Positions 1 to 13,325 are shown, counted from the first letter of the stretch. The stretch: 64,000 bases of DNA from Tubulanus polymorphus (GCF_964204645.1 NC_134032.1:11334275-11398274), one strand, 5' to 3'. The notes: generated by a model not told the origin, from the sequence alone. Numbers and translations: made by a program.

Positions 1-597
1 ATAAATATCGTAGCGTATGAAGTCCTTAAAAAAGAGTTTTAAATAATCTAGAGACAATGATCTAGAGTTTCGAGTAGCCAGTAAACCGGAGTTTGAAATT
101 ATCAGGGACCGATATTCTAAAGTTCTTTCGGCTAAATCTCGAGTTTATATATCATGACATTTCACTCAAAACCGAGTAAAAAAATGTGACCCCAGGGGCC
201 GGTTGCCCAGCCAGGGCTTAGATTTAGGACCAGTCTAAGACCATCTTATTTGTATAGCTAAACATAAGGCCAGTCTTAAGATTCAATAAAGACCGCTTTG
301 GACTTACGTCCTGACTGTGCAACTACAGCCCGGTTCCTCAAATCTGAGATGGCTGGAACATTTGAAATGAACTACAGGATCCAGTTCCACAGTTGTGAGT
401 TAAGATTTGATTCAGAGTTAAAACAGTGAAATTGAACTAATTTCAACTCAGAGTTACCGTAACTTTAACTTACAACAGTGGAACTGAATCCAGTAGAATT
501 GCCTATTTTGGTTGACTAGGGACGGACAGCCCAGATTTCTTCGAATTAAGTAAAATCGGTCCGAATTACAAAATATATTTACACGGTTCCAGGTTAA

Positions 598-884
598 CCC
601 TTTCAGTGCGTCTACACTGCAGTGCGGTGTATGAATCAGTGATGGATTTGCTAGTACACCGCGCTGCGGTGTATTGTTTTAATTAGTAATTACTTATTAT
701 CTCTATTGAAAGATGGCAGCACCTGTCAAACATAGTGAAATACTAATAACTAACGATACACCGCGCCAGGGTGTAAATGCACTATAGTGGTATTCCCGTT
801 ATTCAACACACTAGGGTGGAATTTTTCAGAATTTTCAAATTATCTTCAGCACTATTGGGTATTAATAAGCCAGCACTGAAAGGG
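598..884 (+). mobile_element. piggyBac-type MITE (287 bp), family P
   Basis: TTAA|CCCTTTCAGTGC...GCACTGAAAGGG|TTAA; TTAA TSD with CCC..GGG ends is the piggyBac signature. Internal palindromes of type TACACCGCA-N-TGCGGTGTA. Confidence 0.85.
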
Positions 885-962
885 TTAAATGGACCGAATA
901 TTTCATCCGAAAATCTGAATAAGGCGAGTTCTACAGCTATTTCATTTCAAACCAACTACCAA

Positions 963-1101
963 GGGCCGGTTGCATAGTCACGGCTAAGACTTATGACTGG
1001 TCATAGATCAACTTAGTTCTATAGCTAATCTAACAACTTAAGACTAGTCTTAAGATTCAAGTCCAATTTTGGACTTAAGCCACAACTGTGCAACTGGCCC
1101 C
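963..1101. mobile_element. PIF/Harbinger-like MITE, family H2 (GGGCCGGTTGCAYAGTC...ACTGTGCAACTGGCCC); related copies ~194-333, 20088-20370, 23121-23240, 30843-30899, 30977-31088
   Basis: Terminal inverted repeats with a palindromic core rich in cttaag/agactagtct; several copies in the window. Confidence 0.7.
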
Positions 1102-1124
1102 GGGAGCCAACCGTTCAACCTTAC

Positions 1125-1555
1125 CTGTAAACCTTCGATCATCAATTTGAGCAATCGAGGATGGATCCACGTGGATTGTTTAAAAGTAAATCCGCTCCAG
1201 TCGACGATGATCACGAATCCGTTCACTTGCGTCTCCTCGTCCTCGATCAGTTTTTCTAACGTTAACAAAATCGCTCGGTAAATCGCCGCCAGTCCATAGT
1301 GGCAGTTGTCCCAGTGCGCCGCGTACAGTATCAGGATTTTCCGGCCGTAGTGATCGGTCTGAGGTAAAACGCCGGGAAAACCGTCGAACAGCGCCGACTT
1401 GATGCCCGGCTCCGACGCGTGGAACTTGCGAAACAGGTTCCGGTTCGTCTGGCGGTATTCAAAGTACCGCGCGTACAGTTTGAACGTCTCGAACGCGTCG
1501 AATTTTCGCGCGCGCAAAAAACGCACCAAGAACGCATCGTCCGTGCGCAGGAAAT
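1125..1555 (-). CDS. CLVS: Clavesin-like CRAL-TRIO/SEC14 protein, internal coding exon (CRAL_TRIO_N end plus most of the SEC14 domain); gene continues off the left edge
   Basis: Translates (D)[18 protein letters not shown]...GFPGVL...[16 protein letters not shown]...[19 protein letters not shown]...LKLMIEGLQ, closely resembling vertebrate CLVS1/2. Acceptor ttcag| before 1555, donor CAG|gtaagg after 1125; 431 nt, phase 1 to phase 0. Confidence 0.93.
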
Positions 1556-2668
1556 CTGAAAAAATATCGAAAATCGGAATCATAATTCTTTCATTTGGAT
1601 GAAATATTTTACAAGATTTCAAATTGTAAATAGGTTTACGGTAATAAATTCGGAGGCACAAAACCCGAAAATGGGTATTTCGGTGAAAAGTGACTTTCGA
1701 ATCAATTCAATTTCTTCCTAAATTCAGTTTATGTTACATTTTGTTCAGAGATTTGTAGGTTTTAAGGCTCTCACACCCTGTAACAATGAAGTGACATTGA
1801 AATTACGCACACCCAACAGGAATAGAACCTGTATACGTAGAAATCAAGCGCACTTAGCACTAGAAGAATAGGACTAGCCCACTTGGTTGTACAGCTTGTC
1901 CTATATACGTAACAACCCCTCTCCCTCCCTGACTCACTCCTCTCCTTTTCTACCTCTCTCCTTTCTTTCCCCTATTACATGTCTCTGGTCCTCTCACCCG
2001 CTAACTGGACCCCTATTTCCGCTGACCGCCTTGCTATGGACCCTGTTCTCTTCCCACTGGCAATATCGCCGTCTTTTTTTACAGCTCTCCCTATCCCACT
2101 CCCTAACTCTCCTGTCTCAGTAACTGGCTCTCATTCCCCCTCTCTCTCCTATCCCATCTATCCTCCACTCCGCGCTATCTCAACCATCTGTTTTATGACG
2201 TTGAGAGGCCATTGATTTTCTCGGTTGTCGTCGTCTGCCTGATGAGAAATTCAGGTAATGATGGAACTGATGAGATCTGAGTGCAAATATCCAACGAGTG
2301 CAACAGCCATCATAAACTGTACTAACGCTCGCGCACCGGCGGTGGTACAGGCATTTACTAACTATAAATACCGCAAAAAACAACCCCGAAAATACCTTAT
2401 ACGACCCACTTAATAAACCTAGACAATAAACGTATTCCCAACAGCTCACTATCCCAAAATCAGTGACAGAGTTTCTTTCTGCGGTCCATACGAGCTCAAC
2501 TCCTGCAATTGATAGTTTGAATCCTGAAAGTGACAGAGTTTCTCTCTGCGGTCCTTTACTGAACTGAACGCCTGACAATTGTTAGTTTGAGTCTCAGAGA
2601 ACAGCCTAAAAAACGATAGTGACCAAGCGCGACTTTCTGCAGTTTTATGATCCTCCCAACTCTCTACT

Positions 2669-2878
2669 ATCCTCGCTTGCCAGGTTTTGATTTTGAAAAT
2701 TTGCTCTATAAATACCACACATCTGATTGGCTAGATATATGGACTGGTTTGCGCTGAGCGGGAACCTGTCTACCCATGAAATCGTGGGCGATGAAATAGA
2801 CTAATGAAGTGTTTGAGGCCGGGGTTTGTGTTGGCGTAAGCATCAGCGGGCGGCAATCAAACGCTGACAAGCGAGGAT
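2669..2878. mobile_element. MITE family A (TIR TCCTCGCTTGCCAG); second copy 13079-13304
   Basis: atcctcgcttgccag...ctgacaagcgaggat; both copies share the internal tctgat.ggctagata. Confidence 0.65.
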
Positions 2879-5859
2879 GCTCTCCACCAAGTTCTACCAG
2901 GTTAGCTGCCACGAGGCTAGCGAGGGCTTCTATAGCAAATGCACCAACTGAGGAATATTGAGTTCGAATATCCAATAATTCGATTGCCCTTCCATTTTTT
3001 TTTGTTTCGAATCGTGTCGGTTTCCGGACAAACGACTTCTCCCGAGAATATTTGAAATCCCATCCTTTACCGACAGCAGACTCCGCAATCAGCGGCGGTT
3101 CTTTTCAAATCATCGCTACTCGAAACTATTATCTCTTTTTTAACCTTTTTACCGATGACATTTCGGTAATGAAATGATATTTCCCGGTGGGGGATTCTGA
3201 AGCCAGCTGAGACCTCGTTGCTATTAACTAATAGACTACAAATAATTCGAAACGCTTTATATGGATGATAATAGGTACATATTAGGATTAGGAAAGCACT
3301 TCGATGAACTGATTGTTAAGCCAAGCCTGATAAGTACCAGACATTGCAAGTGCATTTAAGTACACCCAGTTGATTTGCGTCACTATTTCATCCTATGTAG
3401 TTCATATTCAGTCAATAGCAAATTCAACTCTTTCAAGATTTGCTTCATAGATTTGGGCCAAGCTTAACGAAGCACTTATGCATCCCCCTATCACCATACT
3501 TCCAATTTGTGATCGCCCTGAGCCTCACAATATGTTCAGGGCTTTACCGAAGAGAATTTTTTTCGAAAAATGAACTTCAAACACCGGTCACTAGATATCT
3601 TATTCGCACACTATCGAGAAGAAACTGGGATGGGATGTTCAAACAAAATAATGATATGTCTCATAGATGGTGCATTTTTATGGTTATGCATCATCGCCAA
3701 AATCTATTAAAGCGACTATACACTTTTCAGAGAAAGTCTCTCGCGAAATGCTTCGAATTAAATGATAAATTAGAGTTTAAGTATTTCTGTATGAAACGCT
3801 CGCCGCTCACAGTATCCAGTAATACCCCGGATAGCTATTACTGGAGGTTACTGACATACATCATTAGACACGTCTCTCTACATCTCCAGAGACAGTCATT
3901 AGACCGCAGTAAAAATACTTCGCGCTTTTATTTTTACATGCTATGAATTGACGATACGCGGCAAATGATTGGTTTTTGACGCAGGTCCCGTCCGATGCGA
4001 GACTCCGGTCCGACGCGAGATTGACCTTAGCAAGCGGTTATTACCCGGGTCAGGGCCCCTATTTTAGTCTTAGCTCATCCTCCCGATGGCATCGCTACAC
4101 TCAGCCATGGCACAAAACCCTGTCACACTAGACTAGGCCGGGGTTTGTGTTGGCGTAAGCATCAGCGGGCGGCAATCAAACGCTGACAAGCGAGGATGCT
4201 CTCTACCAAGTTCTACCAGGTTAGCTGCCACGAGGCTAGCGAGGGCTTCTATAGCAAATGCACCAACTGAGGAATATTGAGTTCGAATATCCAATAATTC
4301 GATTGCTCTTCCATTTTTTTTTGCTTCGAATCGTGTCGGTTTCCGGACAAACGACTTCTCCCGAGAATATTTGAAATCCCATCCTTTACCGACAGCAGAC
4401 TCCGCAATCAGCGGCGGTTCTTTTCAAATCATCGCTACTCGAAACTATTATCTCTTTTTTAACCTTTTTACCGATGACATTTCGGTAATGAAATGATATT
4501 TCCCGGTGGGGGATTCTGAAGCCAGCTGAGACCTCCTCGTTGCTATTAACTAATAGACTACAAATAATTCGAAACGCTTTATATCGATGATAATAGGTAC
4601 ATATTAGGATTAGGAAAGCACTTTGATGAACTGATTGTTAAGCCAAGCCTGATAAGTACCAGGCATTGCAAGTGCATTTAAGTACACCCAGTTGATTTGC
4701 GTCAATATTTCATCCTATGTAGTTCATATCCAGTCAATAGCAAATTCAACTCTTTCAAGATTTGCTTCATAGATTTGGGATCAGCTTTTCGAAGCACTTA
4801 TGCATCCCCCTATCACCATTCTTCCAATTTGTGATCGCCCTGACCTCACAATATGTTCAAGGCTTTACCGAAGAGATATTTTTTTCCGAAAAATGAACTT
4901 CAAACACCCGTCACTAGATATCTTATCTGCACACTATCGAGAAGAAACTGGGATGGGATGTTCAAACAATATATATATATATAGTTTATTAAAGTGTCAT
5001 CTTTACACGTAAAGCCAGCCTATAAAAGGCTTACAAGACACAAATTTTCATATAATTATAACATATTCATGGCATGTTACCGTTACGTCGTAAGGACGCC
5101 CTTTCAATATAGTTACAAACATATTTGATTATTTTACAATTCGATAGAATTTGAATTAATACCTCGGTACTTGAAAGGGAAGTTATATCAAGAGTTAGTA
5201 CATCTTCAATTTTTTGGTATAGGTCATTTCTTAATTCATGATATGCGTTACACTCACAAAGAAAATGTAGTTCGGATTCGATTTCATTTTTATTACACAT
5301 ACTACAGACACGCAATGCTAGGGGCAAACTTCTATACCTTCCTAATTCTATATTAAGAGGATAAGTACAATATAACAATACGTCTCATAGATGGTGTATC
5401 TTTATGGTTATGCATCATCACCAAAATCTATTAAAGCGACTATACACTTTTCAGAGAAAGTCTCTCGCGAAATGCTTCGAATTAAATGATAAATTAGAGT
5501 TTTAGTATTTCTGTATGAAACGCTCGCCGCTCACAGTATCCAGTAATACCCCGGATAGCTATTACTGGAGGTTACTGACATACATCATTAGACACGTCTC
5601 TCTACATCTCCAGAGACAGTCATTAGACCGCAGTAAAAATACTTCGCGCTTTTATTTTTACATGCTACGAATTGACGATACGCGGCAAATGATTGGTTTT
5701 TGATGCAGGTCCGGTCCGACGCGAGACTCCGGTCCGACGCGAGTTTGACCTTAGCAGGCGGTTATTACCCGGGTCAGGGCCCCTATTTTAGTCTTAGCTC
5801 GTCCTCCCTGATGGCATCGCTACACTCAGCCACGACACAAAACCCTGTCACACTAGACT
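2816..5859. repeat. Tandem duplication of a 1.32-kb intronic segment (2816-4134 and 4135-5859)
   Basis: Near-identical sequence from aggccggggtttgtgttggc to tgtcacactagact in both copies; copy 2 is about 400 bp longer because of a LINE insertion. Confidence 0.95.
4974..5366 (-). mobile_element. 5'-truncated non-LTR retrotransposon (LINE ORF2 C-terminus, RTE-X/CR1-group-like) with TSD
   Basis: Encodes IELGRY..P...RVCSMC..EIESELHFLCECNAY..LR (the C-terminal Cys/His knuckle of LINE ORF2). Ends in AATAAA plus a (TA)n tail; 8-bp TSD ACAATATA at 4966-4973 and 5367-5374; absent from the paralogous site near 3645. Confidence 0.88.
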
Positions 5860-6091
5860 GGATGCACAGGTAAATGCGCAGGTTTATCGCATGAAAACTT
5901 GCGGCACCAATCAGATTGCTGGTTGTATAATCGCTGAGGCAAATTTCGTGGCTAAAATACAAACCCAGGCTAAAATAAAACGGGATTTCTGATTGGCTGA
6001 TAATGACATCATCTAAGGTGCGCATGTAACTGTGCACTCAGGGTACTGTGGCAGGTTTCTGTGCTGTGGCCGAGTCTAGCGATGCCATCAG
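5808..6091. mobile_element. MITE family B with ~50-bp imperfect TIRs
   Basis: ctgatggcatcgctacactcagccacgacacaaaaccctgtcaca at 5808 pairs with tgtggcaggtttctgtgctgtggccgagtctagcgatgccatcag ending at ~6091. Confidence 0.7.
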
Positions 6092-8059
6092 GTTCGAACT
6101 ACATTGCCAGGAGACAATGCTTTTAGTTCTAACAACAGACTTCAAGCTTTTTATGTTTCTGTGCTTTTCTGCATCATGTACATTAAGAAGGTTGTTTAGA
6201 GTCGGGCAGGGTGCAATCATCATTTCTATCTATTGAAGCCAGTTTTATTAGCCTTGACTCAATAATGGCAACCTTAGAAAATCTTTCTTCAAGCAGCCAA
6301 ACCCCCCCTCCCCCAGAGCTGAACTCTGGTTACACTTTTCTGTACCGGTCTCGTATCAGGTGAGGCCCAGTAATTCCGGATCATTGATATTTATGTTTCT
6401 GGCGAACATGAGCGATCTCCTTCCGTCTGCTGGGACATCAGGTCACATGACACATCATCTATCATCATCAAATGTTCCAGAGCAGCCCAACCAAGGTCAG
6501 CGAAGACTTGAAATACGGTATCAAAGCTGCACAGTTGAAGGTTTAATTCATTCGTTGCATTTTCCCAACGTTTTTTTATAACAACACTGGATGAAAAAAG
6601 GTTCCTTGCATTTTGTCAACGTTCTTTTTACAAAAACACTGGATCAAAAAAGGTAGGTGCACATCCCTCTTAATCCACCCCTGAAGAGATGAAATCTAAA
6701 TGTAAGGTTTCAACAGTTTCTTATAGAAGTGATATTTTCAAGTCAACGCTTTCTTTGAAAACGAATTCTACAAAAGCTGACATTTCGACGCGTATTTTTA
6801 TCGGATAATCCTTGTTTTCCACGTTTCAAAGGTCAGTTATATCTATCTGGTTTCGTTGAAATAGATTATCAGAGAAGGTGTTGTAAATATGCTTATCTCC
6901 TATAAAACGCTACTCGTGAATAATTCATTAGAATTGTCACGGTTTAGAATTGACGACTATGAACAGACCACAGCGGGACCGCGCGCGCGCGTGGGGGGTT
7001 CTACTGAATTATCAAGTCTATATACCGTACTCATTTTGAATTATAAATTAGGTCGAATGCAGTAGGGATGCTGACGAAGGGATGCTGAATGCAGCAGGGA
7101 TGCTGGATGAGGTTATGAATACGTTATGAACTAATATACGTATGATGTGCTGAACTCTACGTAAAACTACAGACCAAACAGATGTTCACTACAAACTGTA
7201 GTAGTTTGCAGGCAAATTCGCTGAAATTCCACCTCGCTACGCTTATGCGTATCTTAATATTCAAAATATCGTAACTTTTGGACGGAACAACGGACAGCTT
7301 TCTAATTAACTATTTGGCACCTACTTCGCATAGAATTTAGGAAAATATAGCCTACTCAAAATCTTACTCGGTATCTGATCCAAACTCGGGGTAGAATTTA
7401 ACCATCTCAACTTAACAGCAGTCTAGAGACGGATTCTACTGTTTTTTTTCATAAACTGTTACTCAAGTATTTGACACCAACTCTATGTAGAATTTTACCA
7501 GTCTCAAATTTACCACAGTAAGAGACAGTCACAAACTCCTACTCATTGACACCAACTCTGGGTAGAATTTTACCAGCCTCAAATCTACTGTAGTATGAGA
7601 CTGAGTCTACTGCATTTCACCAACTCTAACTCAGTATTTGATCCAAACTTGGGGTAGACTTTTACCAGTATTTCAACTTTACCACGGTAAGAGACAGAGT
7701 CTACCCTACTTCACAAAGTCAAAAGTCGCTCAGAGACAAACCTTTGTTGTTGTTTCAATTCCGTCCTCTTTTCATCATATCAAATTGTACCTAAACGAAC
7801 TCCAATTATGTACACCGGTACTGCCGTCAGAAATATCGACGCATTATTTTTTTCCGTCGTCTGATCATTTCAAAACGTGATTACGACCGCAGGTAACAAT
7901 TGAAATATGCGATTGATCGTCATGGTGATATAAATAATCCGCGCTTTAGGAAATGCGAGATGGTTTTCCTATTATGTCAGTCGATGCTTTGTCATCTGCC
8001 GACGAAAAAATAATCTGCCTCCAAGCACAAAAATGCGCAAATTTCTTTATGCATCTGAG

Positions 8060-8207
8060 ACTCTGTCTGTATCTGTCTGTCAGTTGTCTAATTATATACG
8101 TCTGTCTGACTGTCTGTCAGTGTGTCCATTATCTGTCTATCTGTCTGTGGTCTATTTATCTGTCTGTCTGTCTGTCTTTCAGTGGTCTGTCTGTCTGTCT
8201 TTCAGTG

Positions 8208-8239
<32 letters not shown>

Positions 8240-8246
8240 TTCAGTG

Positions 8247-8294
<48 letters not shown>

Positions 8295-9290
8295 TTCAGT
8301 GGTCTGTCTGTCTGTCTGTCTGTCTGTGGTCTATTTATCTGTCTGTCTGTCTTTCAGTGGTCTGTCTGTCTGTCTGTCTGTATGTGGTCTATTTATCTGT
8401 CTGTCTGTCTTTCAGTGGTCTGTCTGTCTGTCTGTCTGTGGTCTATTTATCTGTCTGTCCGTCTTGTCTGTTCATCCCTCAGTGGTCTATCTATTTCTGT
8501 CTGTCTGTCTTTCAGTGGTCTATCTGTCTGTGGTTTATCTATCTGTCTGTCTGTCTTTCAGTGGTCTGTCTGTCTGTGGTCTATTTATCTATCTGTCTGT
8601 CTGTGGTCTATTTATCTATCTGCCTGTCTGTCTTTCAGTGGTCTGTCTGTGGGTGGTCTATTTATCTATCTGCCTGTCTTTCTATCGGTCTGTCTGTCTG
8701 TCTGTCCGTTAGTGGTCTATCTATTTCTCTATATGTGTCTGTCTGTCCGCTCCGTCCGTCCCTCAGTGGTCTTTCTATTTCTCTGTCTATCTGTCTTTCA
8801 GTGGTCTGTCTGTCTGTCTGTCTGTTGGTCTATTTATTTATCTGTCGATCTGTCCGTCCATCCCTCAGTGGTCTATCTATTTCTGTCTGTCTGTAGTCTA
8901 TCTGTTTTACTTCCCTATCTCTCTATCTGTCAATAGGTTTGCTCTGTCAACCAGCTTGTCTGCCATTCAGCATGTCTGTCTGTCTGTCAGACAGTCTGTC
9001 AGTTGTCAATCTATTCCTCTATATCTGTCTACCCGTCTATCTTTATGTCTATGTGGTCCATCTGTTTTCTCTCTTTATCTCTTTATCTGTCAATAGGTCT
9101 GCTCTGTCAACCCGCTGCTCGTCTGGCATTCAGCCTGTCTGTCTTAACTATAACGGTGTCACTCTGTCGGCCCTGTCTGTGTGCCACTTGTCTATATCTA
9201 GTGAGTAACTCCTCTATCTGTCTGTTAGTGATGTAACGTGTTCCGTCTGTCTATGTCTGTTCATGCTAAGTCGGTCAGCCTGTGTCTATC
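8060..9290. repeat. Compound (TCTG/TCTA)n microsatellite punctuated by ttcagtgg motifs
   Basis: Directly visible; explains the overlapping CLSV-rich ORFs in three frames. Confidence 0.95.
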
Positions 9291-10063
9291 ATCTTTCTTC
9301 GGCTTCGCAGTTTTAAGTTTCGCCGTTTTAAGTTTCGCCGTACGCGAGTAATTCAATAATTGAACCGATAAAAAACCGGTCCAGTTGTTTTTATTCTCAC
9401 GAGGCACTCGTGAATCGGGAGTGAATCAGAGTGAATCGGAGAATTGCTATTAGAGCGAAGCAATTGATACTCTGATGCATCGGTAATACGCTCAGTCATA
9501 CAGACTGCCAGCATTTTAACCCTTTAACAACAAAAAATAGTGCAACATTTTGCGATCAAGAATTGCCAATGAGTTGAACATTTTCATAAAACCGAACCAA
9601 AGGATCGTGAACCTAAATCCCTTCAATCTACTGAGTTCACTATCATCGGGGGAAGGCCACTTTTTTATTTGACTTGCTTCTTCCCGACTATTCCCCGACA
9701 AGCACCTTTTTTCCCTGACTTGATCTGCTAAGAATCCAATCAATTAACACAGTCAAATACTTAAACATAGCCGGAAATTGTTTGATTTTACGAGCGATCT
9801 AGCCTGATTTTTAGCATTCTTTTTAACTGAAATTCCTATTCCCTGGTTTTCTCAATGGAAAGAAAATTCCCGGACTTTCCCTTGATTTACAGGTGGGGAT
9901 CCTGTTTAGAAGCAGCCGCGAGGCTTCTCCCTTCAACCTACTTCAGTACCACTCGAGGCATTAACATCAGGAGGGTCAAGGTTTCTTCTTCCCCCTAAAC
10001 CCACTGAGAACTGCTGAGTATGACTCATCTGCCAGTATCTAGATTCAAACCCATGAACCGCGC

Positions 10064-10997
10064 ATTGACAAGAGACCAGTGACCAGAGAAGAACCATCGA
10101 ACAAGAAGCTCAGCGACCACCAGGAATCAGACCTATGAACCCTAGATTGACGAGAGACCAGTGACCAGAGAAGAACCATCGAACAAGAAGCTCAGCGACC
10201 ACCAGGAATCAGACCTATGAACCCTAGATTGACGAGAGACCAGTGACCAGAGAAGAACCATCGGACAAGAAGCTCAGCGACCACCAGGAATCAGACCTAT
10301 GAACCCTAGATTGACGAGAGACCAGTAACCAGAGAAGAACCATCGAATGACAGGAAGCTCAGCGACCACCAGGAATCAGACCTATGAACCCTAGATTGAC
10401 GAGAGACCAGTGACCAGAGAAAAACCATCGAATGACAGGAAGCTCAGCGACCACCAGGAATCAGACCTATGAACCCTAGATTGACGAGAGACCAGTGACC
10501 AGAGAAAAACCATCGAATGACAGGAAGCTCAGCGACCACCAGGAATCAGACCTATGAACCCTAGATTGACGAGAGACCAGTGACCAGAGAAAAACCATCG
10601 AATGACAGGAAGCTCAGCGACCACCAGGAATCAGACCTATGAACCCTAGATTGACGAGAGACCAGTGACCAGAGAAGAACCATCGAACAAGAAGCTCAGC
10701 GACCACCAGGAATCAGACCTATGAACCCTAGATTGACGAGAGACCAGTGACCGGAGGAGAACCATCGAATGACAGGAAGCTCAGCGACCACCAGGAATCA
10801 GACCTATGAACCCTAGATTGACAAGAGACCAGTGACCAGAGAAGAACCATCGAACAAGAAGCTCAGCGACCACCAGGAATCAGACCTATGAACCCTAGAT
10901 TGACGAGAGACCAGTGACCGGAGGAGAACCATCGAATGACAAGAAATTCAGCGACCACCAGGAATCAAAGCCATGAACCCTAGATTGACAAGAGACC
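10064..10997. repeat. Minisatellite, 11 full units of 82/85 bp
   Basis: attgac starts at 10064, 10146, 10228, 10310, 10395, 10480, 10565, 10650, 10732, 10817, 10899 and 10984; two unit variants differ by 3 nt. Confidence 0.95.
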
Positions 10998-12063
10998 TTG
11001 GCGGCTGACGCCGACGTGCTTCGCTTCTTCCAACTTATCTACCAATTCTCTCCGCGCGAAAAAATCGACACAATCGAAATAGTACGAGCTTTATTGCGTA
11101 ATCATGGGCTGTATCGTACGCGGGAACACTCGACGATTTAAAGATGCCTGCGGGACCGACGGGAACGTCGGGGAACGGCACACGTCGCGAACCGAACGAA
11201 TTTATTCGATTATCCTCTGTCAGAGTTAACGACTAATTTAATTAGTTCCGCGTTATTTTTAACTCTCTTTCACGAGCCGCGCGCTAAGACGGTTCGTCCC
11301 GATCCGCGCCAAGTAACGTTCGCACCGCACTTCGATATGCCCAGCAGTCGCACAAGTATGCGTATGCGATATTTTTTATATCGGAAAATACAAGAGAAAA
11401 CGGCTGTGTAACCGTCGATGACGCTGTCGGTTTCGTAGCGAAGGTCTAGAAAATCCCAACAATGCCGAAAAAGAAAAACAAGTTTGAAATGGTTTCCTTC
11501 AAGCCCGTCGCACACACACACACACGGGAGAGGGTTCGGTATTTCGAACGAACCCCCCCTTTTTGAATTTTCAAACGACGACGAACATCGGCAGATCTTG
11601 TGCATCTGCTAAATTAGCAAAATAATAATCGACACATGCAAAAGTAAACGTAAAATTTGTTTCCGTTTCCGCAATTACGTTCTATTTCCGAATTTGGAAT
11701 ATCGTAGACCCCGTGTATAGTGAACGCTTAATCCTCTGCACCTGTTTCGCACCTGCATCGGATTAATCTCGCCAGACAGATCGAATTAAAGCCTATTAAA
11801 CTAAGCTCTAAATAATCCATCACGCGACACTGACGGCGGAATAAATCCAGTACGAACACCTACTTCCCCATCTCTACCCTCCTCCGTCTCAGATCCATCA
11901 CGAACTTGTATTCATACTGTCAAACACTTGTCATCGTGCACCTTATACACCCTCCATCATCTTTTACTCTCCGAGATCGGTGATGTTAGAACCAAACACA
12001 ACGGATTTATAATATTCAAAGTCCAAACTCCAGAAATAGACTACAATTTATAGTTTATGAAAA

Positions 12064-12620
12064 CCTGGACCCAGGTAAAGGATTATCTCTATGGATTACT
12101 TTGACATCCAGTCCATAAAACTAACCCTGGGTTAAACATTTATCCTTAGGGATAAAACCAAGCCTGGGTTAAACATTTATCCTTATGGATAACTTAGATA
12201 CCAGGACCCAGTTCCACAGAACTGTGAGTTAGAGTTAACTCTGAGTCAAAGTTAGTTCATTTCAAATGAGTTATCTCAGAGTCAAATCTTAACTCAGAAC
12301 TGTGGAACTGGGTCCAGGTCTATAAAAGAGGATCCAATTAAGGATTTATGCCTATGGATAACTTTGATATCCATAAAAGTCTATAAAACCAAGCCTGGGT
12401 TAAGCATTTTCCATATGGATAACTTTGATATCTATAAAAGTCTACAAAACCAAGCCTGGGTTAAGCATTTATCCTTATGGATAACTTTGACACTCAGTCT
12501 ATAAAAGAGGATCAAATAACAGAATCCTCCCTTAAAAAGTTGATTAAAACCAAGCCTGGGTTAAGGATTCATCCTTATGGATAACTTCAAGACCCGGGTG
12601 AAGCATTGAAAAACTGGGCC
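12064..12620. repeat. Degenerate tandem repeat (aaaaccaagcctgggttaagcatttatccttatggataactttga) interrupted by a Harbinger-like MITE
   Basis: The motif recurs throughout 12064-12620. Confidence 0.8.
12205..12314. mobile_element. PIF/Harbinger-like MITE, family H1 (110 bp); other copies ~377-491, 28641-28741, 30257-30353
   Basis: TIR GACCCAGTTCCACAG/CTGTGGAACTGGGTC with a 3-bp CAG TSD (12202-12204, 12315-12317); neighbouring tandem-repeat units show the empty site. CWG TSDs are known for some Harbinger families. Confidence 0.7.
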
Positions 12621-13325
12621 TAGGATAAAAAAATTCTTAAAGGTATAACATCAATACCGAGTCGATGTAACTCGTCAGGAGGAATTAACCGTCGAAGAAC
12701 GTCGTTTCAGCATCGATCTATGTAACGGAATCAACGATGAATTCTGTTAACGGCCACTCCCGGAATGCCCTGGTTCCGTGACGCACATTAACACGGTCAG
12801 TATAGACACTTCACTACCGGCGAACGAGTGGTTTTTCTGTCACTCGTCCCGTGAGTCAACGCCCCGCGAATACGTATACCAAACAAGTGGCTGCGAATAT
12901 CCGATTGCCATTTATGATAAACTAGGTGAACTCGGTTATACAGCTCTTCGTCCAAGGTTAATAATATTTTTTGCGTCTATATATATATTTGCGATTGTAT
13001 ATCTGAACGGAAAGTAGAGAGTATCGGTACGCCATCTGTTGTGGCATTTTCAATTCGATTCTCCCTTCCTGATATGACGTCCTCGCTTGCCAGGGTCTGA
13101 TTGCCTCCCCCCCCCGAATTAAGCTCATGCCAACATGAACCCGATCCACAGACCCTTCTCCTGTATATTCAACATTGATCTGATCGGCTAGATACAGAGA
13201 GGGGTGGCTGATGGGCGGCAACCGGTCAATCTCGGGCGGCTTAATAGACCAACAAAGGGTTCGCGGCCGAGGCGGGAGGCTATCAAACACTGGCAAGCGA
13301 GGATGCGAAAAGACGGCTGCCTCAG

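Noticed and set aside
1050-1661. 203-aa ORF as a complete single-exon gene
   Set aside because: Both ends read through into intron/MITE sequence; only 1125-1555 is homologous and bounded by splice sites.
3440-3946. 168-aa plus-strand ORF, partly repeated at 5515-5703
   Set aside because: No recognisable domain; the paralogous copy is disrupted by indels and a LINE; explained by the intronic duplication.
7953-9236. Long Cys/Leu/Ser/Val-rich ORFs (327, 287 and 196 aa)
   Set aside because: Translations of the (TCTG)n microsatellite in all three frames.
10064-10997. CRISPR-like appearance of the regular 82/85-bp array
   Set aside because: Whole units repeat with no unique spacers; no cas genes; eukaryotic intron.
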